Assembly (NCBI GenBank): GCA_965227515.1
Contig: CBDDFZ010000001.1
Span: 1,568,001 to 1,632,000 of the forward strand
Length of the DNA: 64,000 nucleotides
From: Alphaproteobacteria bacterium
GTDB lineage: Bacteria > Pseudomonadota > Alphaproteobacteria > CALKHQ01
Direction of reading: 5' to 3'
Below the pieces are notes generated by a model, which saw nothing but the letters and a program-made list of their open reading frames with translations, had not been told where the DNA came from and searched no databases. How positions within the stretch are numbered: position 1 is the stretch's first letter; each line of letters starts with the position of its first letter. Shown in pieces: positions 28,001 to 37,561 of the stretch. The position numbers and the translations under genes were made by a program.

Positions 28001-29038
28001 ATGAACTACTATGCCGGGATTGACGTTTCTTTGGAATGGTCATCGGTGTGCGTTGTTGACGGCGCGGGCGGGATTGTCTGCGAGGCTCGTATTGCGAGCA
28101 CGCCGGCGGGTTTGTTGTTGTGGTTTGGGTCTTTGGGGATTTCGGTTGAGCGGATTGGTCTTGAGGCGGGGCCGTTGTCGCAATGGCTTGTGCGGGGATG
28201 TAGCGAGGGCGGTCTTTCGGTTGAGTTGCTGGAGACGCGTCATGTTGCGCGAGCGCTTTCGACGATGCCGGTGAAGTCGGACCGCTCGGACGCACGCGGG
28301 ATTGCTCAGCTGATGCGTGTGGGCTGGTTTCGTCCGGTTCACTGCAAGTCTTTGGCGGCCCAGGAGATGCGGGCCCTTTTGAAGGGTCGCGACCAGCTCC
28401 GCGCGAAGCTGCACGATCTTGAGATGCACCTTCGTGGTCAGCTGCGGAACTTCGGGCTGAAGGTAGGGCACACCACCAGGCGCAGCTTTTCGACACGTAT
28501 TTCGGAGCTTGTGGCGGGGCATCCGGTACTGGAGGCGGGGGCGCTGCTGTCGGCACGCGATGGCCTGTTGCTATCGTTCACGGCGCTGGACCGGCAGGTC
28601 CGGGCGGCGGCGCAGGCCGACGATCGCGCTCGCCTGCTGATGACGGTGCCGGGCGTGGGGAGCATTGTCGGACTGACCTACTTGTCGGGAGTGGACGACC
28701 CCGGGCGGTTTGCCTCGTCGCGCCTGGTGGGTGCGCACTTCGGCCTGACGCCGACCAAGCGCCAGTCGGGCGAGAGCGAGGTGATGGGGCGGATATCGAA
28801 GGTAGGGGACGCCGATGTGCGCTCGGCCCTCTATGAGGCGGCACACGTGGCTCTGACCCGGCCGATCGAGGGCGGCTGGCTGAAGAGCTGGGCGATGAAG
28901 CTGGCCAGGCGTGCGGGCATGAGGAAGGCGAAGGTCGCGCTGGCGCGCCGGCTCGCCGTGATCATGCACCGGATGTGGGTTGACGGCACACCGTTCAACC
29001 ATGCCGGACCGGTGCGCCCGGCGATGGCGACAGCATGA
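28001..29038 (+). CDS. IS110 DEDD recombinase/transposase
   Basis: GIDVS, LEAG, KSDRSDA, TVPGVG, GLTPTKRQSG (catalytic Ser), ALARRLA. Confidence 0.95.
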   Translation: MNYYAGIDVSLEWSSVCVVDGAGGIVCEARIASTPAGLLLWFGSLGISVERIGLEAGPLSQWLVRGCSEGGLSVELLETRHVARALSTMPVKSDRSDARGIAQLMRVGWFRPVHCKSLAAQEMRALLKGRDQLRAKLHDLEMHLRGQLRNFGLKVGHTTRRSFSTRISELVAGHPVLEAGALLSARDGLLLSFTALDRQVRAAAQADDRARLLMTVPGVGSIVGLTYLSGVDDPGRFASSRLVGAHFGLTPTKRQSGESEVMGRISKVGDADVRSALYEAAHVALTRPIEGGWLKSWAMKLARRAGMRKAKVALARRLAVIMHRMWVDGTPFNHAGPVRPAMATA

Positions 29039-29094
29039 TGGCCGCGGCATAAGGAGAACCGACACACGAGCTTCGACGGGCACCGACACCGGCC

Positions 29095-29265
29095 CGTCGA
29101 GCGCCGTCCCGCGCCGGGACGATGGATCAGGTCAGGCCGCCATCCGGGATGTCGCCTCGCATGAGAGCACGCTTCCGTAGATTGGACCGACCGATCCTCG
29201 CATATCCATCTTGGCGGCGGCCCTGCGCCGACCCCGTACAGAAGCATGACCCAGGCGCCGGGACG
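29095..29265 (+). ncRNA. Putative bridge/seekRNA of IS copy 1 (boundaries approximate)
   Basis: Hairpin GTCCC-GCGCC-GGGAC; target guides CATCCGGG (29141-48) and CCGTAG (29175-80); donor guides CCATCTT (29206-12) and TACAGAAG (29237-44). Confidence 0.8.
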
Positions 29266-29304
29266 ACGAAAAAGGGATTGACCAACAATGGCCCGTTACA
29301 GAAG

Positions 29305-29385
29305 CCCGGATGGAGCGAAGCGCAATCCGGGGAACTCTGAGGTGAAGGTATGTCCCCGGGTTGCACTTCGTTCCACCCGGGCTAC
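29305..29385. repeat. GTAG-type REP doublet (left REP split by IS110; its GTAG is at 27887-90)
   Basis: CCCGGATGGAGCGAAGCGCAATCCGGG ... CCCGGGTTGCACTTCGTTCCACCCGGGCTAC. Confidence 0.88.
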
Positions 29386-29413
29386 GACTGAATCCGCGTA
29401 AGCCGATCCCGAT

Positions 29414-29836
29414 CTAGTCGTCGCGCTGCAAGCGCTCCATGCGCTCGTGGCGCTCCTGCGCCTCCAAGCTCAACGTGGCGATCGGCCGCGCCTCCAGGCG
29501 GCGCAGCGAGATCGGCTCCTGGGTCACTTCGCAATAGCCGTACGACCCGTCCTCGATACGCCGGAGCGCGGCATCGATCTTGGAGATCAGCTTGCGCTGG
29601 CGGTCGCGGGTGCGCAGCTCGATGGCGCGGTCGGTTTCCTTGGTCGCCCGGTCGGAAAGATCGGGCTCGGCCATGCTCTCGCCTTGCAGGCTGCGGATCG
29701 TATCGCTCGATTCCTGGAGCAATTCCGCCCGCCATTGCAACAGCTTGGCACGGAAATATTCCCGCTGGCGCCCGTTCATGAACTCCTCATCATCCGATGG
29801 GCGATAGTTGTCATCGATGATGATCTGGTCGTTCAT
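29414..29836 (-). CDS. dksA: RNA polymerase-binding factor DksA
   Basis: YRPSDDEEFMN..Q.EYFR, DLSDRA..E, ELRTRDRQRKLISKI, YGYCEVT.EPI...RLEARP. Confidence 0.95.
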   Translation of the reverse strand: MNDQIIIDDNYRPSDDEEFMNGRQREYFRAKLLQWRAELLQESSDTIRSLQGESMAEPDLSDRATKETDRAIELRTRDRQRKLISKIDAALRRIEDGSYGYCEVTQEPISLRRLEARPIATLSLEAQERHERMERLQRDD

Positions 29837-30056
29837 TGTCAAGCCGGGCCCCACCTCTGCTCCCCACAGCAACCGGCGGCTATATATCAACGCCGCCACG
29901 ATGCCGCAAGCGCTCAGCACACCTTCGTGCGCGCTCCATGCGCGATGGCAACACCTTGAATTAAATGGACTTTGAATTGGGCCGGCTTGCAGTGCCGATT
30001 CAGCGGAAGCCGATCCTGGCCTAGGTCGGGATCAGCTTACGCTGAATCTGCGCCAG

Positions 30057-30119
30057 CCCTCTCCCCCACCCGGCCGCCCAATCAGGATACTGCCGTGGGT
30101 GGCCGGGTGGGGGAGAGGG
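30057..30119. repeat. Long palindrome (CCCTCTCCC type)
   Basis: CCCTCTCCCCCACCCGGCC ... GGCCGGGTGGGGGAGAGGG. Confidence 0.8.
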
Positions 30120-30145
30120 CCGGTGCCGACTTAAACGATCATGCT

Positions 30146-30574
30146 CTAGTCGCGCTCGTACTTCGCCAGTTCCACCCTGGCGCGCAACTCGATCTGGTCC
30201 AGAACCGCGGTCAGGCCGGGGTCGTCGGTGTGCGACCGCCGCGCCGACACCATGTCGGCGAGCCGATGCAACTGGCCGACGCTCAGGGTTCCGGCCAGCA
30301 GGCCCTCGCGCAACTCGTCCAAGGCGTCCAGGACGTCCTGGCCCTGGCGGGCCGCCTTGCGGTTCTGTTCGGTCGCGTCAGGCACCGCCTGAACCGCGAC
30401 GACGGAAGATACCGCGGCCAGCGAAGATGCTGCGTCGATGGCCGGCAGCGACGACGGCCCGTCGACGCCGGCGGCGGCCATGCTGTCGGAAAAGCGGGCC
30501 GAGGTGCCGCGCGTCTTGGCGGCCGGCTTGGGCGCAACGGCGGCTGAGGCCTGGCTGACGCGGTTGATCTTCAT
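30146..30574 (-). CDS. fliX: Flagellar assembly regulator FliX
   Basis: G..VLDALDELR.GLLAG, DP.L..VLDQIELRARVELAK; divergent from flgI as in Caulobacter. Confidence 0.9.
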   Translation of the reverse strand: MKINRVSQASAAVAPKPAAKTRGTSARFSDSMAAAGVDGPSSLPAIDAASSLAAVSSVVAVQAVPDATEQNRKAARQGQDVLDALDELREGLLAGTLSVGQLHRLADMVSARRSHTDDPGLTAVLDQIELRARVELAKYERD

Positions 30575-30725
30575 GCCGTGAGATGGTCCTGGGCGACGAT
30601 CATGGGTGACGATGGAGCGCCGGGTCCGCTTGGCACCGGTCGCATGGGGCGCGATAGCCGGCTCTCCCGTCACCTGCTAACTGCGCCCAAAATGGTTTGC
30701 GCGGCGTTAACGCCAGCGAAACCAT

Positions 30726-30839
30726 GGGCAGCTTTTGCCGCGCCCCTGGCACAACCTGCCGTGCACCCCCTGCAATGCCCGGCAAATGCCAACGAAAAAG
30801 CCCGGTATTCCGCCAATTCCCGCTGGCACGCGCTTCGCT
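30726..30839 (+). promoter_or_regulatory. sigma54 promoter of flgI with upstream FlbD ftr-like enhancer sites
   Basis: TGGCAC-N5-TCGCT at 30824-39; GGCA..TGCC dyads at 30726-40, 30746-61 and 30778-90. Confidence 0.65.
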
Positions 30840-30887
30840 AGTGGAATGGCGCCGCCAGAAAAGACGCGGCCGAACTGCAGGATCAAG

Positions 30888-32060
30888 ATGACCCACATCG
30901 CTACCACATTCGATGCCCCGCTGCCCTCCGGCCGGACCCGCTGGCTCGGGCGGGTGCTGACGGCCCTGGCCGCGGCGACCATGGCATTGGCCTCCGGCTG
31001 GCCCGTTCCGGCGGACGCCGCGCGGATCAAGGACATCGTCGAGTTCGAGGGCGTGCGCGACAACATGCTGGTCGGCTACGGCATCGTGGTCGGCCTGGAT
31101 GGCACTGGCGACAGCCTCCAGAACTCGCCGTTCACCGAGCAGAGCCTGGTCGGCATGCTGGAGCGCCTGGGCATTTCCGTGCGCAACGCCAATCTCAGGA
31201 CCGCCAATATCGCCGCCGTAATGGTGACGGCGACCCTGCCGCCGTTCTCGCGCCAGGGCAGCCGCATCGACATCACCGTGAGTTCGCTGGGCGACGCCAC
31301 CAGCCTGTCCGGCGGCACCCTGCTGGTCACCCCGCTGTTGGGCGCGGACGGCGAGGTCTATGCGGTCGGCCAGGGGCCGATCCAGGTCGGCGGCTTCGTC
31401 GCCCAGGGCGACGCCGAGACCGTTACCCGCGGCGTGCCGACCACCGGCGAGATCGCCAACGGCGCCATCATCGAGCGCGAGATCGGGTTCGAGCTCGCCG
31501 AGCTCGGCGTGGTCCGCATGGCGCTGCGCAACCCCGACTTCACCACCGCACGCCGGCTGGCCAACGTGATCAACGCCAACATCGGCGGCGGCGTGGCGCG
31601 CGCCATCGACCCGACCACTGTCGTGGCCGACATTCCGGGCCGCTACAACGGCGACATCGTCGCTTTCATCGGCGACATCGAGCAGCTCGACGTCCAGCCC
31701 GATCAGGTCGCCCGCGTGGTGATCGACGAATCGACCGGCGTCATCGTCATCGGCAACGACGTGCGCATCAGCACCGTCGCCATCGCCCAGGGCAACCTGA
31801 CCATCCGGGTGACCGAGACGCCCCAGGTCGACCAGGCCCAGCCGCTGGCCCCGAATGGCGAGACAGTGGTGGTGCCGAACACCAACATCGTGGTCGACGA
31901 CGACGCCGACCGCCGGCTGGCCCTGTTGCAGGACACCATTTCGCTGGAAGAGCTGGTCAACGGCCTGAATGCCCTGGGCCTGGGGCCGCGCGACCTGATT
32001 TCGATCCTCCAGGCGATCAAGGCGGCCGGCGCGATGCAGGCCGAGCTGGAGGTGCGCTGA
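30888..32060 (+). CDS. flgI: Flagellar P-ring protein
   Basis: RIKDIV..EGVRDN.LVGYG.VVGLDGTGD, AAVMVTA.LPPF, SILQAIKAAGA. Confidence 0.97.
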   Translation: MTHIATTFDAPLPSGRTRWLGRVLTALAAATMALASGWPVPADAARIKDIVEFEGVRDNMLVGYGIVVGLDGTGDSLQNSPFTEQSLVGMLERLGISVRNANLRTANIAAVMVTATLPPFSRQGSRIDITVSSLGDATSLSGGTLLVTPLLGADGEVYAVGQGPIQVGGFVAQGDAETVTRGVPTTGEIANGAIIEREIGFELAELGVVRMALRNPDFTTARRLANVINANIGGGVARAIDPTTVVADIPGRYNGDIVAFIGDIEQLDVQPDQVARVVIDESTGVIVIGNDVRISTVAIAQGNLTIRVTETPQVDQAQPLAPNGETVVVPNTNIVVDDDADRRLALLQDTISLEELVNGLNALGLGPRDLISILQAIKAAGAMQAELEVR

Positions 32061-32061
32061 C

Positions 32062-32391
32062 ATGGACAACGCGATCTTCGATCTGGTCGGCACCACCAGC
32101 CCGGCGGCCCTGCGCGGCCTGCAAGCCGACAGCCCGGTGCCGACCCCGAAGCCGGGCGACGACGTGCACGAGGCGGCGGAGACCTTCGAGGCCTTCGTCC
32201 TCGGCCAGTTCGTCGAGATCATGTTCCAAGGGGTGGACGACGACCCGCTGTTCGGCGGTGGCCAGGGTGCCGCGGTGTACCGGTCGCTGTTGCACCGGGA
32301 GTACGCCAACCACATGGCCGCCAGCGGCGGCATCGGCATCGCCGATCAAGTTGCGGCAGAACTGCTGCGAGCACAGGAGACGAGTCAATGA
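32062..32391 (+). CDS. flgJ: Rod-binding protein (FlgJ N-terminal type)
   Basis: EAAETFEA, FGGGQG..VYRSLL..EYA..MA..GGIGIAD. Confidence 0.8.
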   Translation: MDNAIFDLVGTTSPAALRGLQADSPVPTPKPGDDVHEAAETFEAFVLGQFVEIMFQGVDDDPLFGGGQGAAVYRSLLHREYANHMAASGGIGIADQVAAELLRAQETSQ

Positions 32392-32876
32392 GCCAAGCCC
32401 AGACAGCTGCCCAGCGCCAGCCAACCGCGCCCGAACCACACGCGTTGCAGCGCCAGCGCGCCCGGACCCTGATCTCGACGGCGGAACGGCTGAGCGACGT
32501 TTTGTGCACCGAGGCCACGGCCCTGCGCGCCATGCGGTTTGACGACGCCGCCGAGCTCAACGTGGAGAAATCCACCCTGCTGGAGGTCTACGACCGCTGC
32601 ATGAAGGATGTGGTGGCGGACGGCGGCCTGCCGGAGGTGGTGCTGGACATGGAGACCCGCAGCGCCCTGCGCCATGCCGGCGAGCGCCTGATCGACGTGA
32701 CCCGCGACAGCGAGCGCACGATCAAGGCGATGCAGCAGGTGAACGAGCGCGTGCTGGCCGCGATCATCGACGCGGCGCGCGAACAGCGGGTGCAGAAAAC
32801 CGGCTACGGCGCCAACGGCGTCAGCGCGGCGATGTCGGAGAACAAGGTCTCCCTGGCGCTGGACCGCAGCCTCTGA
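32388..32876 (+). CDS. Putative FlgN-like flagellar chaperone
   Basis: Helical protein between flgJ and flgK. Confidence 0.55.
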   Translation: MSQAQTAAQRQPTAPEPHALQRQRARTLISTAERLSDVLCTEATALRAMRFDDAAELNVEKSTLLEVYDRCMKDVVADGGLPEVVLDMETRSALRHAGERLIDVTRDSERTIKAMQQVNERVLAAIIDAAREQRVQKTGYGANGVSAAMSENKVSLALDRSL

Positions 32877-32948
32877 CCTGCGACTTGTGACTGACTGCGC
32901 GGCGGTCGGCCCCACACGGCCGCGCAAACATTTGCCCAGGAGGGAACG

Positions 32949-34757
32949 ATGTCATTGCAGTTGGCACTTCAATCGGCGCTGAGCGGACTGAACGTCGCGC
33001 AGGCTGGCCTGCAGGTCACGTCCAACAACATCGCCAACGTCAATACCGAGGGTTACACCAAGAAGTCGGTCGACCAGCAGTCGAATGCACTCGGCGGGCA
33101 GGGCGTCGGCGTCAAGCTGAACGCCGTCGGCCGCACGGTCGACCAGGTTCTGCTGACCCAGATTCGCGATCAGGCGGCCGTCACCGGCAAGCTGGACGTG
33201 ACGCGCCAGTTCCTGCAACTGGTCGAAAGCCAGTTCGGCCGCGTGTCCGACGACGCCTCGCTGGCCCACCGGGTCGGCGCTCTGGGCAATGCCGGCGAGG
33301 CGCTGGCAAACACGCCCGAGAGCAGCGAGCTGAGATTCTCGTTCGTCAACGAGGCCAAGCAGCTCGCGTTGCAGATCACCAACACCCACGCGCAGCTTCA
33401 GGATTCGCGGCTGAACGCCGACCGGCAGATCGAGTCCGCCGTCGGCGAGCTGAACACCCTTCTGAACGACGTCGCCAACCTGAACGTCCAGATCGCGCGG
33501 GCGATCGGCCTCAACCAGGACACCGCCGAGCTGGACGACCAGCGCGATCTGGCGCTGAAGGATATTTCCGAGCTGGTGGACATCGCCACGTTCACCCGGT
33601 CCAGCGGCGAGACGGTCATCATGACCACCAGCGGCAAGTCGCTGCTGGATGGTCCGTTCCGCAGCCTGTCGCACACCGCCGTCACCACCATGTCGTCGTC
33701 GATCTCCTACACAGCCGGCGGGTCGAGCACCGGCAACGGCACGGTCGACGGCATCTATATCGGGACTGCCGCCGTCACCTCCGACATCACCGGCGACATC
33801 TCCGGCGGCAAGCTGGGCGGGCTGATCGCCCTGCGCGACACCACGCTGCCCGCCCTGACCGCGCAGTTGGAGGAGTTCACCCAAGAGTTCCGTTACGCGA
33901 TCAACGCGCAGCACAACACCGGCACGGCGCTGCCTGCGCCCAACAGCCTGACCGGCCAGCTCACCGTTGCCGGGACCGATGCCCTGGGCACCGCGCGCAG
34001 CGGCACGTTCACCACCAGCATTCTGGATGCGAACGGCGCCGTGGTCGGCACCTGGACCAGCGCCGACCTCAGCACCTATGCCAACGTCAACGCGATGATC
34101 GCCGACTTCAACACCGCGCTCAGCCCGGCCACCGCGACGATGGCGATCAACACGGACGGCAAGCTCACAGTCACCGCCACGTCGTCCAGCAACGGCGTCG
34201 CCATCAACCAGGGCGACACGTCGGTCACGGCGGGCGGCCAGACCTATGGCGTGTCGCACTATTTCGGCCTGAACGACGTGTTCACGGTCAGCGGCGCCAC
34301 CGGCACGTCGGAATCGAGCACGCTCGCCGTGCGCGCCGACATCGTGAACGATCCGAACCTGCTGGCCCATGGCACGCTGGACGCGACCGCCACGGTGGGC
34401 GAGATCGCGCTGACCGCGGGCGACGGCTCGGCCATGACCCAGATCGCGGCGGCGTTCACGTCGACCACCACGTTCGATGCCGCGGGCGGCCAGCCGGCCA
34501 GTTCCAGCACATTCGAGACCTATGCCAGCGCCATCATCGGCTACACCGCCACCCTGGTCTCCGATGCGGACCGCGAATACACGTTCGCCGTCACCTACAG
34601 CGAGACGCTGGAGTTCCGGGCCACCAACCAATCCGGCGTCAATATCGACGAGGAACTGTCCAACATCGTGCTGCTGGAGAATGCCTACCAGGCATCGGCG
34701 CGCGTGCTGCAGGTCGCATCCGATATGCTCGAGATTCTGACCAACCTTGGCCGTTAG
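32949..34757 (+). CDS. flgK: Flagellar hook-associated protein 1
   Basis: ALSGL..AQ..L.VTSNNIANVNTEGY; SGVNIDEEL......NAYQASARV. Confidence 0.95.
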   Translation: MSLQLALQSALSGLNVAQAGLQVTSNNIANVNTEGYTKKSVDQQSNALGGQGVGVKLNAVGRTVDQVLLTQIRDQAAVTGKLDVTRQFLQLVESQFGRVSDDASLAHRVGALGNAGEALANTPESSELRFSFVNEAKQLALQITNTHAQLQDSRLNADRQIESAVGELNTLLNDVANLNVQIARAIGLNQDTAELDDQRDLALKDISELVDIATFTRSSGETVIMTTSGKSLLDGPFRSLSHTAVTTMSSSISYTAGGSSTGNGTVDGIYIGTAAVTSDITGDISGGKLGGLIALRDTTLPALTAQLEEFTQEFRYAINAQHNTGTALPAPNSLTGQLTVAGTDALGTARSGTFTTSILDANGAVVGTWTSADLSTYANVNAMIADFNTALSPATATMAINTDGKLTVTATSSSNGVAINQGDTSVTAGGQTYGVSHYFGLNDVFTVSGATGTSESSTLAVRADIVNDPNLLAHGTLDATATVGEIALTAGDGSAMTQIAAAFTSTTTFDAAGGQPASSSTFETYASAIIGYTATLVSDADREYTFAVTYSETLEFRATNQSGVNIDEELSNIVLLENAYQASARVLQVASDMLEILTNLGR

Positions 34758-34814
34758 AGCTCGATGACGTCCTCTGCCCCCCGTTCGACGGCATAAATCA
34801 AAAGGATTCGACCC

Positions 34815-35762
34815 ATGGTCGCCAGCCGTATCAGTACCTACGCCACGTCCCAGGCCAGCATCAGCCGCATGCTGGAAACCCGCCTGGAAGTGTTCCGGAA
34901 GCAGGAGCAGATCGCGTCCGGCAAGATCACACAGGAATATTCCGGCATCGCGTCGGAGACCCGGCGTCTGGTGTCGCTGGAGACCCAGTTCGCGCGGTCG
35001 GAGAAGTTCCAGAGCAACATCACCATCGTGCAACAGCGCGTCGAGTTGATGAACAACTCGGTCACGCAGATCTCCGACGCGGCCCGCGACCTGCGCAGCC
35101 TGCTGAGCTCGTCGGCCGCCGCCGACAAGGACAATTTCGAGATCGCGCTCGGCGTGCCGACCCAGGCGGCCAACGCGCGCGACTTCATCGTCGACCTGCT
35201 GAACGAGCGCGACGGCACCCGCTATCTGTTTGCCGGCGGACGCACCGACCAGCGGCCGGTCGACCTGAACAACGGCACCTACACCGCGCCGACCCCGCCG
35301 CCGTTCCCGGCCGCCGCCAACACCGACTACTACAGCGGCGGCAGCCAGGTCGCGAGTGTGCGCGCGGACGAGAACTTCACGGTGTCCTACGGCATCAACG
35401 CCGACAACCCGGCGTTCGAGAAGGTGATCCGCGCGTTCGACACCATCGCCAACCTGACGCTCTCCGACCCGCCGACGGCGGCAGAGCAGCAGGTGGCCAC
35501 AGATGCCCGCGACCTGCTGAACACGGCGATCGAGGAACTGCAGGCGCTGGAGAACAATCTGGCGGTCGACGCGCTCAGCCTGGCCAAGGCGCAGGAGCAG
35601 CACGACGTGTTCCAGCAGCGCGCGGAGGCGACCATCGCCGATATCGAGAACGTGGACACCGCCCAGGCCGTCGCCGAGCTGAACGCCGCCCAGCTTCAGT
35701 TGGAGGCGTCCTACACCACGCTGTCGCGGATCCAGAACCTCAGCCTGTTGAAGTTCTTGTAG
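34815..35762 (+). CDS. flgL: Flagellar hook-associated protein 3
   Basis: Follows flgK; QIASGK, RYLFAGGRTD..PV, QLEASY......LSLLKFL. Confidence 0.85.
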   Translation: MVASRISTYATSQASISRMLETRLEVFRKQEQIASGKITQEYSGIASETRRLVSLETQFARSEKFQSNITIVQQRVELMNNSVTQISDAARDLRSLLSSSAAADKDNFEIALGVPTQAANARDFIVDLLNERDGTRYLFAGGRTDQRPVDLNNGTYTAPTPPPFPAAANTDYYSGGSQVASVRADENFTVSYGINADNPAFEKVIRAFDTIANLTLSDPPTAAEQQVATDARDLLNTAIEELQALENNLAVDALSLAKAQEQHDVFQQRAEATIADIENVDTAQAVAELNAAQLQLEASYTTLSRIQNLSLLKFL

Positions 35763-35785
35763 GCGTTGCTGATTGCCAATACGTC

Positions 35786-35816
35786 GTAGCCCGGGTGGAG
35801 CGTAGCGCAACCCGGG
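35786..35816 (+). repeat. GTAG REP upstream of RAYT
   Basis: GTAGCCCGGGTGGAGCGTAGCGCAACCCGGG. Confidence 0.9.
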
Positions 35817-35853
35817 GATATTCTTCGGTCAGCTGGCTGGCTATCCTCGGTGG

Positions 35854-36381
35854 ATGGTTCGGTATCGCAGAAACCTCGTTCCCGGTGGCTCCTACTTTTT
35901 CACCGTGACCTTGCGGGACCGTCGGTCGAGCATTCTTGTCGACCAGATTGGCGCATTGCGAGATGCGTTCAGGGTTACGCGCGTCGCGCAACCATTCTCG
36001 GTCGACGCCATCGTTGTGTTGCCGGATCACATTCACACGGTGTGGACGCTTCCTGGAGGTGATGCCGATTACGCTGGGCGTTGGCGCCGTATCAAGGGCC
36101 GGTTCACATCACGGATAAAATCTCAGGAGGGGCAACTCGTGCCAAATGAACGGGGTGAGCATGCCCTCTGGCAGAGTCGGTTCTGGGAACACACAATTCG
36201 TGACGAGGACGACATGGAGAAGCACGTCGCCTACATCCACCACAATCCGGTGAAACACGGGCTGGTTCGACGCCCGTGCGACTGGCCGTATTCATCCTTT
36301 CATCACTACGTTCGCATGGGACATTTGCCGGCAGATTGGGCAACGGCGCCAGAGGGCCTGTCCGAGAGATTTGGCGAATAG
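35854..36381 (+). CDS. rayT: REP-associated tyrosine transposase (RAYT / TnpA-REP)
   Basis: YRR..VPGGSYFFTV, VLPDHIH (HUH), WQSRFWEHTIRD, YIHHNPVKHG, DWPYSSF; flanked by inverted REPs. Confidence 0.93.
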   Translation: MVRYRRNLVPGGSYFFTVTLRDRRSSILVDQIGALRDAFRVTRVAQPFSVDAIVVLPDHIHTVWTLPGGDADYAGRWRRIKGRFTSRIKSQEGQLVPNERGEHALWQSRFWEHTIRDEDDMEKHVAYIHHNPVKHGLVRRPCDWPYSSFHHYVRMGHLPADWATAPEGLSERFGE

Positions 36382-36398
36382 CGGCTGGACGGGAATGC

Positions 36399-36429
36399 CC
36401 CGGGTTTCGTTTCACTTCACCCGGGCTAC
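36399..36429 (-). repeat. GTAG REP downstream of RAYT (inverted)
   Basis: CCCGGGTTTCGTTTCACTTCACCCGGGCTAC. Confidence 0.88.
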
Positions 36430-36451
36430 GGTGCCGTGCCGTCGCATCCCC

Positions 36452-37561
36452 CTACCGCACCAGGTGCATGCGGTAGCGGATCATGAAGTCGGCGCCGGCC
36501 AGGCACATCACGATGGTCGCCTGGATCAGGCCGACAAGCGCCGTCGGCAAATTGTAGAACACCTGCAGCGACTGGCCGCCGACATAAAGCCCGCCAAACA
36601 GGAACGCGACCACCAGCACCAGCACCGGGTTGTTGCGGGCCAGGAACGCGATGACGATGCCGGAAAAGCCGTAGCCCGCCGCCATCGACGGGGTGAGGCG
36701 GAACTCCTGCGCCGCCGCCATCGCATAGCCGGCCAGCCCCGATAGCGCTCCCGAGGCCAGTACCGCGCCGAACACCACCAACGTCACCGGCACGCCGACC
36801 GCCAGCGACATGCGCGGGTTGGCGCCGACGAAGCGCATGTAGCGGCCGAAGCGGCTGGCGCTCATCAGCCACCAGATCACCAGTGTCGCCACCAGGGCGA
36901 CGATCAGGCCCGCGTCCACCCGCTGCCAGCCGAGCAGGGGCAGGCGCTCGAAGTCCTGGTACTGGGCGGTGCGCGGGAATTGCGCCGTCGGGTCCTGCCA
37001 GGCGCCGTAGACCAGGTGCTCCACGAACCTGAGCGCGACGTAGTTCAACAGCAGCGTGGTGATGATCTCGTTGACGCCGAGCCTGAGCTTCAGAAACGCC
37101 GGCACCACGGTCCACAAGGCACCGCCAATGATCGCGCCTGCCGCCATCAGCACGATGCGATAGGACGGGTCGCCGATGCCGTAGACGGTGAAGAACGTCG
37201 CCCCGATGACGCCGAAGAAGAACTGGCCCTCGATGCCGATGTTCCAGAACTGGACCCGGAAAGCGATGGCCGCCGACAGGCCGACCAGGGTCAGCGGGCC
37301 GGTCTCCACCAGCACGTTGCTGAGGCCGGCGGCGTCGAAGAAGGTGTAGCCGATGAACTCGTCGAACACGCCGCCGGGCGCCACGCCGGCGAGTGCCAGG
37401 ATGGCGAGCGAGATGCCGAGCCCGACCGCGATCGAGAGCGCGATCAAGAGCGCATGGTGCCAGAACGGCAAGCGTTGGCGCACCTCCAGCCGCAGACGGC
37501 GGCGCAGGCGCGGCTGGACCGTTGAGGATGCGGTGGGGGAGGGGCCGGCGGTCTCAGCCAT
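36452..37561 (-). CDS. Nucleoside/BMP-type ABC permease
   Basis: WNIGIEGQ, GVNEIITTLLLNY, GYGFSGIVIAFLARNNP. Confidence 0.92.
   Translation of the reverse strand: MAETAGPSPTASSTVQPRLRRRLRLEVRQRLPFWHHALLIALSIAVGLGISLAILALAGVAPGGVFDEFIGYTFFDAAGLSNVLVETGPLTLVGLSAAIAFRVQFWNIGIEGQFFFGVIGATFFTVYGIGDPSYRIVLMAAGAIIGGALWTVVPAFLKLRLGVNEIITTLLLNYVALRFVEHLVYGAWQDPTAQFPRTAQYQDFERLPLLGWQRVDAGLIVALVATLVIWWLMSASRFGRYMRFVGANPRMSLAVGVPVTLVVFGAVLASGALSGLAGYAMAAAQEFRLTPSMAAGYGFSGIVIAFLARNNPVLVLVVAFLFGGLYVGGQSLQVFYNLPTALVGLIQATIVMCLAGADFMIRYRMHLVR

Larger units (their letters stand above)
27891..29304 (+). mobile_element. IS110-family (IS1111 group) element, copy 1, inserted in a GTAG REP
   Basis: Ends defined by identity with copy 2; sub-terminal IRs TAACGGCCCTTGTTTGGT / ACCAACAATGGCCCGTTA; AG core at both junctions; long 3' non-coding region. 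Confidence 0.92.

Noticed and set aside
29278-29304. IS circle-junction promoter (TTGACC in the right end)
   Set aside because: The -35 is plausible, but the -10 formed at 17-bp spacing (GAAGAT) is too weak to call
29414-29836. DksA lacking the four-Cys zinc finger as a pseudogene or novelty
   Set aside because: Single-Cys DksA is normal in Alphaproteobacteria
34815-35762. Flagellin
   Set aside because: Position after flgK and the YLFAGG motif fit FlgL better
32952-35810. 952-aa minus-strand ORF and similar long shadow ORFs (e.g. 14868-16781, 30600-32339, 46408-48132)
   Set aside because: Antisense shadows of real high-GC genes, with no recognisable motifs
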